DNA from: Clostridia bacterium
GTDB taxonomy: Bacteria > Bacillota > Clostridia > TANB77 > CAG-508
Length of the DNA: 64,000 bases
Assembly: GCA_900770415.1 (NCBI GenBank)
Contig: CAAGKN010000026.1
Span: forward strand, 109,955-173,954
Reading direction: 5' to 3'
Made by a program: the position numbers and the translations under genes. The notes below the pieces were generated by a model. That model had not been told where the DNA came from, searched no databases, and saw nothing but the letters and a program-made list of their open reading frames with translations. Positions 48,004-57,444 of this stretch are shown here, piece after piece (positions within the stretch are counted from its first letter, which is position 1; each line of letters opens with the position of its first letter).

Positions 48004-50178
48004 CTATGCAAAAAAATGCGGAAATCCATCATACATTTTAATTTTGTTTTCTAATTCTTTATGACAATAGAAATCACTTCCATATCCAAAGTTTATTGGT
48101 ATCAATTTGTTTGAAAAAGCCCTAACAACATGAATTTGCTTCATAATAGGCTTGTACTCCATAAAAACAATATCTAAATCTTCTATCTGTCCTTGTTTTT
48201 CTAATTTTATATTATTAGCTTCTACACTATTACCCGTAAATAGAAATTTCACCTTGCTAGATTGATCAGAATAAGCATATAAATTTCCATGTTCTACAGG
48301 AGTACAAACATTCTGAGGTAATATATTTATTTTTTCAGTATTTTCAGAATAAACTATTATTGAATATTCCATTTCATTAAAAGCTTTTTGAATAGCTTCA
48401 TTTATATTATCAAATGAAGTAGCTGCTCCACTTACAAAATATGGTATGCAATCATCTCTGGTCGCACATATAAGTATAGAAAACGCATATAAGTTAGATA
48501 ATGATAAAACCGATATAGAAAATCCTTTATCTTCATATTTATTTATTCGCTTTTGAATGTTTATTGGCAATGAAGTATGACTTATTTTATTAGGAACACT
48601 TTTTAGTAACCATGTTCTCATTAGGGCATCTCTTTCTAATAATTCTGCAACTGCTGATTTTTTTGCTTCATCCAAGTTGAAATGAGCAGCGCATCCGCTT
48701 GAATTAGAATGATGTAGTAATTTTCTACCAACTGACTCTTCTACTAATGGAAAAAAGCAAAAATCAACTGGTATAAGAACTTGATTACCTTTATAATCAA
48801 CTCCTTTTATCCAAAACATCTTATCTTCTTTATTAAAATGCGAAAGATTAAGTTTTCTTATTTGTTCATCTGAATATGGAAAATAGATATCACAATTCAT
48901 TACCTTATCTTTTATTTCTTTTGCACTAGCATGAACATCATAATAAAATCTACCACATATATATCTTTCATATGATTCCATTAATGATTTTGTTGCCGCC
49001 CCAAAAAAAGTTTTATCTATTCCTGTTCCATATCTGTCATTGTCCCTTGATGCTCTAGGTTCAGCTCGATTATAATGTGATACAACAACATTAATACATG
49101 AATTTTCGAGTTCACTATTCTTAACAGCTACAACTTTATCAATTATATTAAGTTTATTGATAAGTTCTTCTTCGAAATTATCAAAATCAATTTTATTTTT
49201 TTCATTATTATTTTTTATACTATCTGATGAATAGCCTATTGCAATGCATGCTATTGGTAATAATTCATTTTTTAATCCTATTAAATTAGAAATTGCCACA
49301 TCTTTGAATCCTCCATATTCTATTGAATTAACTTTCTGTTCTATTGCCTCAACTGTTATATTTTGCAACACATGTCCTACTTCTAATAATGTAAATCTAT
49401 AGCCTCTATTTGAATATTTAGACATATGTCTATTTAAATCCGCTGCAATTACAAATATACATGGAGCTCCAAATATGATACTCTCATCATTAAATGCATA
49501 GATCAATTCTTCATCTGTAATATCTGTTCGTATTTGATTTAATTTTTCATTATCATTATCATATTGATAGATTCCTCTTGGAATCTCATTTGTTCCTTTT
49601 AATAGAATTACAAAGATTGAAAGTGGTGTGAGATTTCCTGCAGATGCTACTGGTTTGATTTCTGAACTATATGAACTTTTACAGATAGAAAATATTTTAT
49701 CAGTTGGTATAGCTCTACTATCAAAATTTCGACAAGAATATCTTTTTTCTAAAAGACTTAAGAAATTTGACCTTTTAACATCCTTTAATTTAATTGATTT
49801 TTTTGATTCTAACATATAATTAGGATGGTTGTTTTGTATTTGAATAACTTTTTCATTATTAAGGCGTTGATAATATAAGCTTGGATTAAATGTTAATGAA
49901 TGTGCACATAACATTTGTTTTCTACTATCTACTAAAATTTTTAAAGAAACAAGATCCTCAATAATTGCTTCTATGTACTTAATATCATTTTTTGTATCTT
50001 CTGCTATTCTCTTTGCTATTGTATCACTTGAAAATGTACCATTACATAGATTTATTATTTTTAATATTAAATCTTTATTAAATCTTATTGTAATTTCATT
50101 GTCTTCAATTCTAAACACCAATAAATTTGAATTAGTATTTATTAAGTGAGCTGAATAATATGGATATAAATCTTCCAT
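48004..50178 (-). CDS. TOMM/LAP biosynthesis fusion protein: PqqD-like RRE + SagB-type FMN dehydrogenase + YcaO cyclodehydratase
   Basis: aa about 20-95: ILKIINLCNGTFSSDTIAKRIA...IIEDLVSLKILV. aa about 130-320: RYSCRNF...AGNLTPL...GYRFTLLEVGHVLQN...GGF. aa about 345-724: ...ESYERY...SSGCAAHFNLDEAKKSAVAELLERDA... ATG 50178 after AAGGGAGGA. Confidence 0.85.
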   Translation of the reverse strand: MEDLYPYYSAHLINTNSNLLVFRIEDNEITIRFNKDLILKIINLCNGTFSSDTIAKRIAEDTKNDIKYIEAIIEDLVSLKILVDSRKQMLCAHSLTFNPSLYYQRLNNEKVIQIQNNHPNYMLESKKSIKLKDVKRSNFLSLLEKRYSCRNFDSRAIPTDKIFSICKSSYSSEIKPVASAGNLTPLSIFVILLKGTNEIPRGIYQYDNDNEKLNQIRTDITDEELIYAFNDESIIFGAPCIFVIAADLNRHMSKYSNRGYRFTLLEVGHVLQNITVEAIEQKVNSIEYGGFKDVAISNLIGLKNELLPIACIAIGYSSDSIKNNNEKNKIDFDNFEEELINKLNIIDKVVAVKNSELENSCINVVVSHYNRAEPRASRDNDRYGTGIDKTFFGAATKSLMESYERYICGRFYYDVHASAKEIKDKVMNCDIYFPYSDEQIRKLNLSHFNKEDKMFWIKGVDYKGNQVLIPVDFCFFPLVEESVGRKLLHHSNSSGCAAHFNLDEAKKSAVAELLERDALMRTWLLKSVPNKISHTSLPINIQKRINKYEDKGFSISVLSLSNLYAFSILICATRDDCIPYFVSGAATSFDNINEAIQKAFNEMEYSIIVYSENTEKINILPQNVCTPVEHGNLYAYSDQSSKVKFLFTGNSVEANNIKLEKQGQIEDLDIVFMEYKPIMKQIHVVRAFSNKLIPINFGYGSDFYCHKELENKIKMYDGFPHFFA

Positions 50179-50210
50179 TATTTTTAATCCTCCCTTAAAC
50201 AATTTAAATT

Positions 50211-50250
50211 AAAATCTAGGTTGCACTATAGACAATGTAACCTAGATTTT
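50211..50250 (-). terminator. Terminator-like hairpin between the precursor and the enzyme gene (possible partial attenuator)
   Basis: 12-bp stem AAAATCTAGGTT/AACCTAGATTTT, 16-nt loop, followed on the minus strand by a U-rich tract. Confidence 0.5.
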
Positions 50251-50259
50251 AATTACTCT

Positions 50260-50421
50260 TTAGCCAGCTCCGCAACCAGAGCCACCTCCTGAGCCACAAT
50301 TTCCTCCACATGCAGCTCCTCCGCCACAACCACCAGAACCACATTGTTGAGCGCTATTAAATGTTGAAGCAATTGAAGTGATTGAAACATTTGTAAGAAT
50401 TTTTAAATTTGAATTATTCAT
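50260..50421 (-). CDS. TOMM/LAP precursor peptide, microcin-B17-like Gly/Cys/Ser core (53 aa; absent from the ORF track)
   Basis: MNNSNLKILTNVSITSIASTFNSAQQ-CGSGGCGGGAACGGNCGSGGGSGCGAG. GGAGGA RBS 6 nt upstream (an alternative ATG at 50427 adds MS-). Immediately upstream of the YcaO fusion. Confidence 0.8.
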   Translation of the reverse strand: MNNSNLKILTNVSITSIASTFNSAQQCGSGGCGGGAACGGNCGSGGGSGCGAG

Positions 50422-50674
50422 ACTCATTCCTCCTATGTCATATTCTATTTTTTAGCGTCACTTCTTAATGTGATTAGATTTTATCATAAGCCGACATTTT
50501 TTTCAACATATTTTCCGAATTTTATCGTATTTTATATTGTTTTTTATTTCGCTAATTTTATAATAATAGTTTTTATTTCGGTATTTCATACGTTATATAT
50601 CGTATGTTATACTGTTTATGTGTATAAATTAATTTGATATACTTAATAATATAATTAATTAAGTGGGTGATCAT

Positions 50675-51007
50675 ATGGAAAATGATATTAATATCTCATT
50701 GGGTAAAATATTTAAAACAACTAGACGAGCAAAGGGCTATACGCAAGAATATGTTGCTGAGCAACTCCAACTAGGTTCTAGATATATATCTGATTTGGAG
50801 CGTGGGAAAACTGTCGGAAGCATTCCTACTTTCGTTAAATTATGTAATTTATATGAAGTATCTCCAACTTTTATTCTTCAGGACTATTTAAAAATTAACA
50901 ACGATTTGAGAATAGATCCTGAGTTGATTGGTTTCTACTCCTTAGATTCTAGAGATAAAGAGACCATTATTAATTTAATAAAATTTATGAATTCAAAAAA
51001 AGAATAA
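50675..51007 (+). CDS. XRE-family HTH transcriptional regulator, divergent from the TOMM operon
   Basis: RRAKGYTQEYVAEQLQLGSRYISDLERGK helix-turn-helix. Confidence 0.8.
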   Translation: MENDINISLGKIFKTTRRAKGYTQEYVAEQLQLGSRYISDLERGKTVGSIPTFVKLCNLYEVSPTFILQDYLKINNDLRIDPELIGFYSLDSRDKETIINLIKFMNSKKE

Positions 51008-51013
51008 AAATCT

Positions 51014-51283
51014 TTATTTTATTCCGGCAATTATCAGTTTTGATGCTAGTTTATAGCCCTCAAGGAACTTTTCTTTACATTCTAAACTTACTATTTGTGA
51101 CTTTTTCTCTATATATTTATTTAATATTTTTTTATCTTTTTCATTTAGCTTATTTTCAATTTCTTTTAATACCGTATTACATTCTTTTAGAATTTTACGG
51201 TATTCATCTGAATTTGATAACTTAATATTTACATTAATTTTTCCATTATATAAATCATCCAAAACATCATCTAATTCATTCAT
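51014..51283 (-). CDS. Small hypothetical helical protein
   Basis: ATG 51283 after GGAGGTG. Convergent with the XRE gene. No motif assigned. Confidence 0.4.
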   Translation of the reverse strand: MNELDDVLDDLYNGKINVNIKLSNSDEYRKILKECNTVLKEIENKLNEKDKKILNKYIEKKSQIVSLECKEKFLEGYKLASKLIIAGIK

Positions 51284-51497
51284 ATAACACACCTCCATAA
51301 TTTACAATGCTAATATATCACCTTTTATTTAAATATTTTGTTAAAATTTGTCGAATAATTACTTTTCTTTGTAATATTTTTCTAATCTAATTGTCTCAGT
51401 GTTAAAACTATTTTTACTTTATGAATTCATTTATTTTCTTGTATATTATAATTTTATATAATATAATTAATTCAGATTTATTTTTTGGGAGGGAAAA

Positions 51498-52007
51498 ATG
51501 GAAAAAAATATTGATGTAGCAATAATTATGGGCAGTGATTCTGATTTACCTATAATGAAAGATAGTGCCAAATTCTTGGATAATATGGGAATTTCTTATG
51601 AGATGAAAATTTTATCTGTTCATAGATGCCCAGATGAAGCAATTGATTACGCAAAAAATCTTAAAAATAGAGGTGTTAAAGCAATTATTGCTGGTGCTGG
51701 TGGTGCAGCCCATTTACCTGGAATTTTTGCAGCAGTAAATACATGCCCAGTAATTGGTGTTCCTATTCATTCTAAGGCTTTAAATGGTATTGATTCACTT
51801 TATTCAATTGTGCAAATGCCTTCTGGAATTCCTGTTGCGACAGTTGCAATAAATGGTGCAAAAAATGCAGCTATTTTAGCAACTCAAATAATAGGCGTTT
51901 CAAATGAAGATATACGTAATAAATTAGCTGATTTTAAAGCTGGATTAAAAGATGCTGTTATGGAAAAAGATGCAAAATTACAAGATGTAGGTTATGAGAA
52001 TTATTAA
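51498..52007 (+). CDS. purE: N5-carboxyaminoimidazole ribonucleotide mutase
   Basis: IIMGSDSDL, AGGAAHLPG motifs. Confidence 0.95.
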   Translation: MEKNIDVAIIMGSDSDLPIMKDSAKFLDNMGISYEMKILSVHRCPDEAIDYAKNLKNRGVKAIIAGAGGAAHLPGIFAAVNTCPVIGVPIHSKALNGIDSLYSIVQMPSGIPVATVAINGAKNAAILATQIIGVSNEDIRNKLADFKAGLKDAVMEKDAKLQDVGYENY

Positions 52008-52028
52008 TTTAGAAAGGATTGTTATTTT

Positions 52029-52880
52029 ATGAAAAAAATTAGTAGTGGTAAAGTTCGTGAAATATATGAAGTAGATGATGATAAACTTATGATGGTTGTT
52101 TCTGATAGGATTTCTGCATTTGATTTTATTATGCCAAATCCTGTTTTGGATAAGGGAAAAATTCTAAATAAATTATCTGAATTTTGGTTTAATTTTGTTT
52201 CTGATATTATACCAAATGATATAATTACTACAAATTATGAGGAATTTCCAGACGAATTTAGAAAAGAAGAATTTAAAGATAGAAGTATGCTAGTAAAAAA
52301 ACTAAAAATGCTTCCAGTTGAATGCATTGTAAGAGGATATATTACAGGTTCTGGTTGGGCAGAATATCAAAAAACTGGTACTGTTTGCAATATTAAATTG
52401 CCAGAAGGTTTACAAGAATGTCAAAAATTAGATGAACCAATTTTTACGCCTTCTACAAAGGCTGAACTTGGAGATCATGACGAAAATATTTCTTTTGAAA
52501 GATGTAAAGAAATTTTAGGTGATGAACTTGCTGAAAAAGTAAAAAATGCTACAATTAATATCTATAAAAAATGTGCTGATTATGCTCTTTCTAAGGGAAT
52601 AATTATAGCTGATACAAAATTTGAATTTGGTTTAGATGAAAATGGTATTTTAGTTTTAGGAGATGAAGTTTTAACTCCTGATTCTAGTAGATTTTGGCCT
52701 CTTGATGATTATGAAGTAGGTAGAGGTCAAAAAAGTTTTGATAAGCAATACTTAAGAGATTGGTTATCAAATAATGGATATAGAAATAATCCTCCTACTG
52801 AACTTCCAAAAGATGTTTTAGAAACTACAAGAAATAAATATATTGAAGCTTATGAAAAAATAACAGGAAAGAAATTTTAA
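52029..52880 (+). CDS. purC: SAICAR synthetase
   Basis: GKVREIY, SDRISAFD, ADTKFEFG, DSSRFW motifs. Confidence 0.9.
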   Translation: MKKISSGKVREIYEVDDDKLMMVVSDRISAFDFIMPNPVLDKGKILNKLSEFWFNFVSDIIPNDIITTNYEEFPDEFRKEEFKDRSMLVKKLKMLPVECIVRGYITGSGWAEYQKTGTVCNIKLPEGLQECQKLDEPIFTPSTKAELGDHDENISFERCKEILGDELAEKVKNATINIYKKCADYALSKGIIIADTKFEFGLDENGILVLGDEVLTPDSSRFWPLDDYEVGRGQKSFDKQYLRDWLSNNGYRNNPPTELPKDVLETTRNKYIEAYEKITGKKF

Positions 52881-52920
52881 ATAAATGAGACAAAAGGGTG
52901 TAATTCTCTTTTGTCTCATT

Positions 52921-54042
52921 TTATAACTCTAATTCTTCTATTTCTATTTGTTCTCTATTGTCTATGTCACCAATTATCTCTAAGTCTTTTGCATTGTCTA
53001 CAAATCTTTTTAATTCCTCTTTTGAAATTTCTTCATATTTTTTGTTACTAGCATTATATAAAAAATATGAGTTTTCGCCTTTTAATTTTTCTGCTGGTCT
53101 TAATTTTACAATAGAATGTATTTTAGAAAGGTTACCATTGTTCACTGCTGCATACATATTTATTCTTTTTGCTTCTTCTTTTGAGAAAAAATTTCGCAAT
53201 GTATAAAAATAGTATCTTACATTTTCTAAATATCTTGTGTCTCCATTATATGTAGAAAACTTATCCATATTTTCCAAAAAGAATTCTAATTTATATTTAA
53301 GCACCTCTTCTTCTGGTACATCTTCTCTTCCTTTTAAAACATATTTTTTAAACTTCTCTGGATTTTCTAGTTCTTGTTTTATTCTTTCAAATACATCATC
53401 TGTATATATTCCTCTTTTGTTATTATCTTTTTCAGCTTTGGTGCTATAACTATATCCCAATTTTTTATCCATTCTTTCTATTTCTTCTCTTGGTAAAAAA
53501 GATAAGTTATAACATTTTTTTACTCTGTCTTTATATGTTCGTGAATACATAATATTTCTACTATTCTCTAAATCAAATCCAAATGAGTTTACCCTTTTTG
53601 CAGTTTTTATTCTTGATAAATCGCTTATTAGGTTAGTAATATAGTATTTCCCATCAATATTTGACACTACATCCACATGTGCCCCTGGATTTTCATTTAC
53701 TTTTATTAAATCTGAACTTATTCCTATATCTTCTAATATACTTGCATATAATTCTGCTATAGCTTTACAATTTCCTTGAAGTTCTTTTCCTATTTTTTTA
53801 TTGAATAGGTCTCTTCTCTCTTCAACTTCTCCAAAAGCATTAATAGGATCTTCTGATAAAATTTTTCCTAATTCTATATATGCATAGTAAGCCTCTTCAA
53901 TTTTACTAAATTCTTTGCCCTGCATACTGTTTATAATTTTTTCTTTTACTTGCTTAATTGAATCTTCGTAATCAGGATTACTGCTAGGTATTAGTAATCT
54001 TTTTCGCAGTCTAATTCTTCTAAACCAATCTATTATTTTCAT
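52921..54042 (-). CDS. Hypothetical protein, possible transglutaminase-like cysteine protease fold
   Basis: GNCKAIAELYASIL ... GAHVDVV ... spacing resembles a Cys/His/Asp transglutaminase core. Weak. Confidence 0.35.
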   Translation of the reverse strand: MKIIDWFRRIRLRKRLLIPSSNPDYEDSIKQVKEKIINSMQGKEFSKIEEAYYAYIELGKILSEDPINAFGEVEERRDLFNKKIGKELQGNCKAIAELYASILEDIGISSDLIKVNENPGAHVDVVSNIDGKYYITNLISDLSRIKTAKRVNSFGFDLENSRNIMYSRTYKDRVKKCYNLSFLPREEIERMDKKLGYSYSTKAEKDNNKRGIYTDDVFERIKQELENPEKFKKYVLKGREDVPEEEVLKYKLEFFLENMDKFSTYNGDTRYLENVRYYFYTLRNFFSKEEAKRINMYAAVNNGNLSKIHSIVKLRPAEKLKGENSYFLYNASNKKYEEISKEELKRFVDNAKDLEIIGDIDNREQIEIEELEL

Positions 54043-54106
54043 ATTTTCCTCTATTATTTATAATTAATGAGACAAAAAGGGGCTATCTCCTTTTGTCTCA
54101 TTTTTT

Positions 54107-55540
54107 CTAGACATTTATCTCTACTTTTTCTTCGCTTATTAAGTCTTTATATTTTTCTAGTACTGGATTTACACATTCTTCTATAAAATCTGTTACTTGA
54201 TTTTTTGCTCTTCCGCAAAGGTGATCTGGATTTAATATATGTAAAATTTCTTCTTTGGTTAGTCCAAATGTTTCGTCTGCTGCTATTCTATCTACTAAAT
54301 CATTTGGTCTACCAAATTCTTTTACTTCTCTTCCAGCTTCCATTGAGTATACTCTTATTTTCTCATGTAACTCTTGTCTATCTCCACCTTTTAAAACTGC
54401 ATTCATAAGTATTTCTTCTGTCCCCATAAATGGAAGTTCTTGCATCATATTTGTTTTTATTACGTTTTTATATACTACAATGTTTGATGATATGTTTTCG
54501 TAAAGGATTAATATTGCATCTGTTGCTAAAAAGCTTTCTGGCACACATATTCTCTTGTTTGCAGAATCATCTAGTGTTCTTTCTAACCATTGTGTTGCTG
54601 TTGTTATTTTTGCATCATTTGAAAGTACCATTACATGTCTTGAAAGTGAATTTATTCTTTCACATCTCATTGGATTTCTTTTATATGCCATTGCTGATGA
54701 TCCAATTTGTCCTTTTTCGAATGGCTCTTCTAATTCTTTTTCGTGTTGTAAAAGTCTCATGTCATTTGCAAATTTTGATGCACTTTCTGCTATTCCTGAT
54801 AAGCAATTTAATACTATTGAATCTAATTTTCTTGTATATGTTTGTCCAGATACTGCATATACTTTGTCAAATCCCATTTTTTCTGCTATTTTTCCATCTA
54901 TTTGTTTTACTTTTTCTTCATCTTTAAATAATTTCATAAAGCTTTCTTGTGTTCCTGTTGTTCCTTTGCAACCTAAAAGCTTCATTCTTGATTCTACAAA
55001 TTCTAGTTCTTCTAAATCTTCTAATAAATCTTGCATCCAAAGTGTTGCTCTTTTACCAACTGTTGTTAGCTGTGCAGGTTGAAAATGTGTATATCCTAAG
55101 CATGTTGTTCCTTTATATTCATCTGCAAATTTTTTTAGATTATTTATTACATTAACTAATTTTGCTTTTATAATTTTTAAAGCTTCTCTCATTAAAATTA
55201 CGTCTGTGTTATCTGTTACGTAGCAAGATGTTGCTCCTAAGTGTATTATTGGTTTTGCTTTTGGGCATTTTGTACCAAATTCATAAACATGTGCCATAAC
55301 ATCATGTCTACATTCTTTTTCTCTTTTTGCAACTACATCATAATCAATGTTATTTACATTTTCTTTCATTTCATTAATTTGTTCGTCTGTTATATCAATT
55401 CCTAGCTCTTTTTCTGTTTCTGCAAGTGCAACCCAAAGTTTTCTCCATGTTGAATATTTAGAATCACTTGACCAAATTTTGTTCATCTCTTTACTTGGAT
55501 ATCTTCCAGCAAGTGGTGTTACATAGATTTCATTGTTCAT
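54107..55540 (-). CDS. purB: Adenylosuccinate lyase
   Basis: Fumarate-lyase signature GSSAMAYKRNP. 477 aa. Confidence 0.95.
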   Translation of the reverse strand: MNNEIYVTPLAGRYPSKEMNKIWSSDSKYSTWRKLWVALAETEKELGIDITDEQINEMKENVNNIDYDVVAKREKECRHDVMAHVYEFGTKCPKAKPIIHLGATSCYVTDNTDVILMREALKIIKAKLVNVINNLKKFADEYKGTTCLGYTHFQPAQLTTVGKRATLWMQDLLEDLEELEFVESRMKLLGCKGTTGTQESFMKLFKDEEKVKQIDGKIAEKMGFDKVYAVSGQTYTRKLDSIVLNCLSGIAESASKFANDMRLLQHEKELEEPFEKGQIGSSAMAYKRNPMRCERINSLSRHVMVLSNDAKITTATQWLERTLDDSANKRICVPESFLATDAILILYENISSNIVVYKNVIKTNMMQELPFMGTEEILMNAVLKGGDRQELHEKIRVYSMEAGREVKEFGRPNDLVDRIAADETFGLTKEEILHILNPDHLCGRAKNQVTDFIEECVNPVLEKYKDLISEEKVEINV

Positions 55541-55563
55541 AATATATCTCCTTTTCTTTTATA

Positions 55564-56380
55564 TTATTTTGTTATTACCAATACTGTTTCTAACTTTGAA
55601 AAATCCACTGATGTTTCTACAATTGCATATCTGTCTGTTATATTTTTTGATTCTATTATTTCTTTTATTTTACCTATTTGTATTCCTTTTGGATATATTC
55701 CACCTAATCCAGAAGTTTCTATTGTATCTTCTAAAACTAGGTCGGCATCTGTTGGAATATACATTAATTTTAATGTATTACTGCTTCCGTAAAATTCCTC
55801 TTACAATTACGCTATCTCTTGATGTTGTAATTGTTCCGCTTATATTAGTTGCTGGATCTATTATTGGTTGAACTTTTGCAGTGTTTTCTGTTACAGACAT
55901 AATGTATCCAACTAATCCTTGTTCTGTAATAACTGGCATATCTACATCTATTCCACTTGATTTTCCTGCGTTGATAACCATTGTTTCACTTAAATTGCTA
56001 ACATCTTTATTTATTATATATGCTGGTACAGTTTTGTATTCTGAGTACTTTTCTGCCATATTTACATATTGTCTTAGTGTTGCATTTTCTGTTTTAATTA
56101 TTTCTAATTCTTGTAATTTTTTTTGTAATTCACTATTTTCTTCTTTTAGCTTTTTATTTTCTTCATCTAGTTTATCTATGTTTTCGAAAAACGAATCATT
56201 TTTTGCTATTTTATTTTTTAAATGCGTTAATCCATTTTGCACAGGCATTACAAGTTTACTAAATAAATTCTCTGCACCAGAAAGTTTATTTGTATTTATA
56301 TTGGTAAGCAAAACTAATATAATCAATACTATTATTGTTATTACTATACCTATAATACTTGTTTTATTGTTTCTATACAT
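55564..56380 (-). CDS. mreC: Rod shape-determining protein MreC; needs +1 at CGG 55789
   Basis: TM helix, coiled coil, then ...TSRDSVIVRGIL-G-SSNTLKLMYIPTDADLVLEDTIETSGLGGIYPKG. 817 nt minus 1 = 272 codons. Confidence 0.85.
55786..55789 (-). other. +1 recoding site CGGA (mreC)
   Basis: ATT TTA C|GGA AGC AGT = I-L-G-S-S. Joins ORFs 55778..56380 and 55564..55764. Confidence 0.6.
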
Positions 56381-56406
56381 CGCTGTAATCCTTTCTTATT
56401 TATTGT

Positions 56407-57444
56407 TTATCTACGTTTACGCGCATTTATAAGAACAGTTTTTAATCTTTCTAAGTCTTCTAAAGTTTTTCCTGTTCCTTTTACAACACATTCTAATGGA
56501 TCTTCTGCAATATATACTGGCATTTCTGTTTTTTGGCTTAATAATTTGTCTAGATTTCTGATTAGTGCTCCTCCACCTGCAAGCACTATTCCCTTTTCTA
56601 CTATGTCTGATGCAAGCTCTGGTGGAGTTTTTTCTAATGTAGCTTTTACAACTTCTACTATTTCATTTATTGAATCATGCATTGCCTCTTCTATTTGTGT
56701 TGAAGTAACTATAACATTTCTTGGTAACCCATTTCCTAAATCTCTTCCTCTTACTTCCATGCTTGCTTCTGTCATTAATGGTAATGCACATCCTATTTCT
56801 ATTTTTATTTCTTCTGCTGTTGTTTCTCCTATTGCTAGTCCCATTTCTCTTTTTATATAATTTACTATATCTTCGTCTAATTCATCTCCAGCAGTTCTTA
56901 AAGAGTTACTTATTACAACTCCTCCTAGAGAAATTACGGCAACCTCTGTTGTTCCTCCACCTATATCAACTATTATATTTCCTGTAGGTTCTGCTACATC
57001 TAAGTTTGCTCCAATTGCTGCTGCCATTGGTTCTTCTATTAAGTATACTTCTTTTGCTCCAGCTCTTAAAACTGATTCTTCTACTGCTCTTTCTTCCACT
57101 TCTGTAATACCAGATGGTACTCCAACAACTACTCTTGGTCTACCTGCATTATATCTTTGGCATACTTTTGATACTATATTTTTAAGCATTAACTGTGTTG
57201 CTGTGAAATCTGCTATCACACCATCTTTTAATGGTCTTACTGCTTTAATAGTTTCTGGTGTTCTTCCAAGCATTTCTTTTGCTTCATAACCAGTAGCTAA
57301 AATATTACCACTTCTTCTATCTATTGCTACAACAGATGGTTCTTTTAATATTACTCCTTTTCCTTTTAGTGTAACTAAAGTATTAGCTGTTCCTAAATCT
57401 ATTCCAATATCTTTTGATTTTAGTCCAAATAACATATTTCTCAC
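56407..57444 (-). CDS. mreB: Rod shape-determining protein MreB
   Basis: IGIDLGTANT, actin-fold phosphate and adenosine motifs. Confidence 0.95.
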   Translation of the reverse strand: MRNMLFGLKSKDIGIDLGTANTLVTLKGKGVILKEPSVVAIDRRSGNILATGYEAKEMLGRTPETIKAVRPLKDGVIADFTATQLMLKNIVSKVCQRYNAGRPRVVVGVPSGITEVEERAVEESVLRAGAKEVYLIEEPMAAAIGANLDVAEPTGNIIVDIGGGTTEVAVISLGGVVISNSLRTAGDELDEDIVNYIKREMGLAIGETTAEEIKIEIGCALPLMTEASMEVRGRDLGNGLPRNVIVTSTQIEEAMHDSINEIVEVVKATLEKTPPELASDIVEKGIVLAGGGALIRNLDKLLSQKTEMPVYIAEDPLECVVKGTGKTLEDLERLKTVLINARKRR

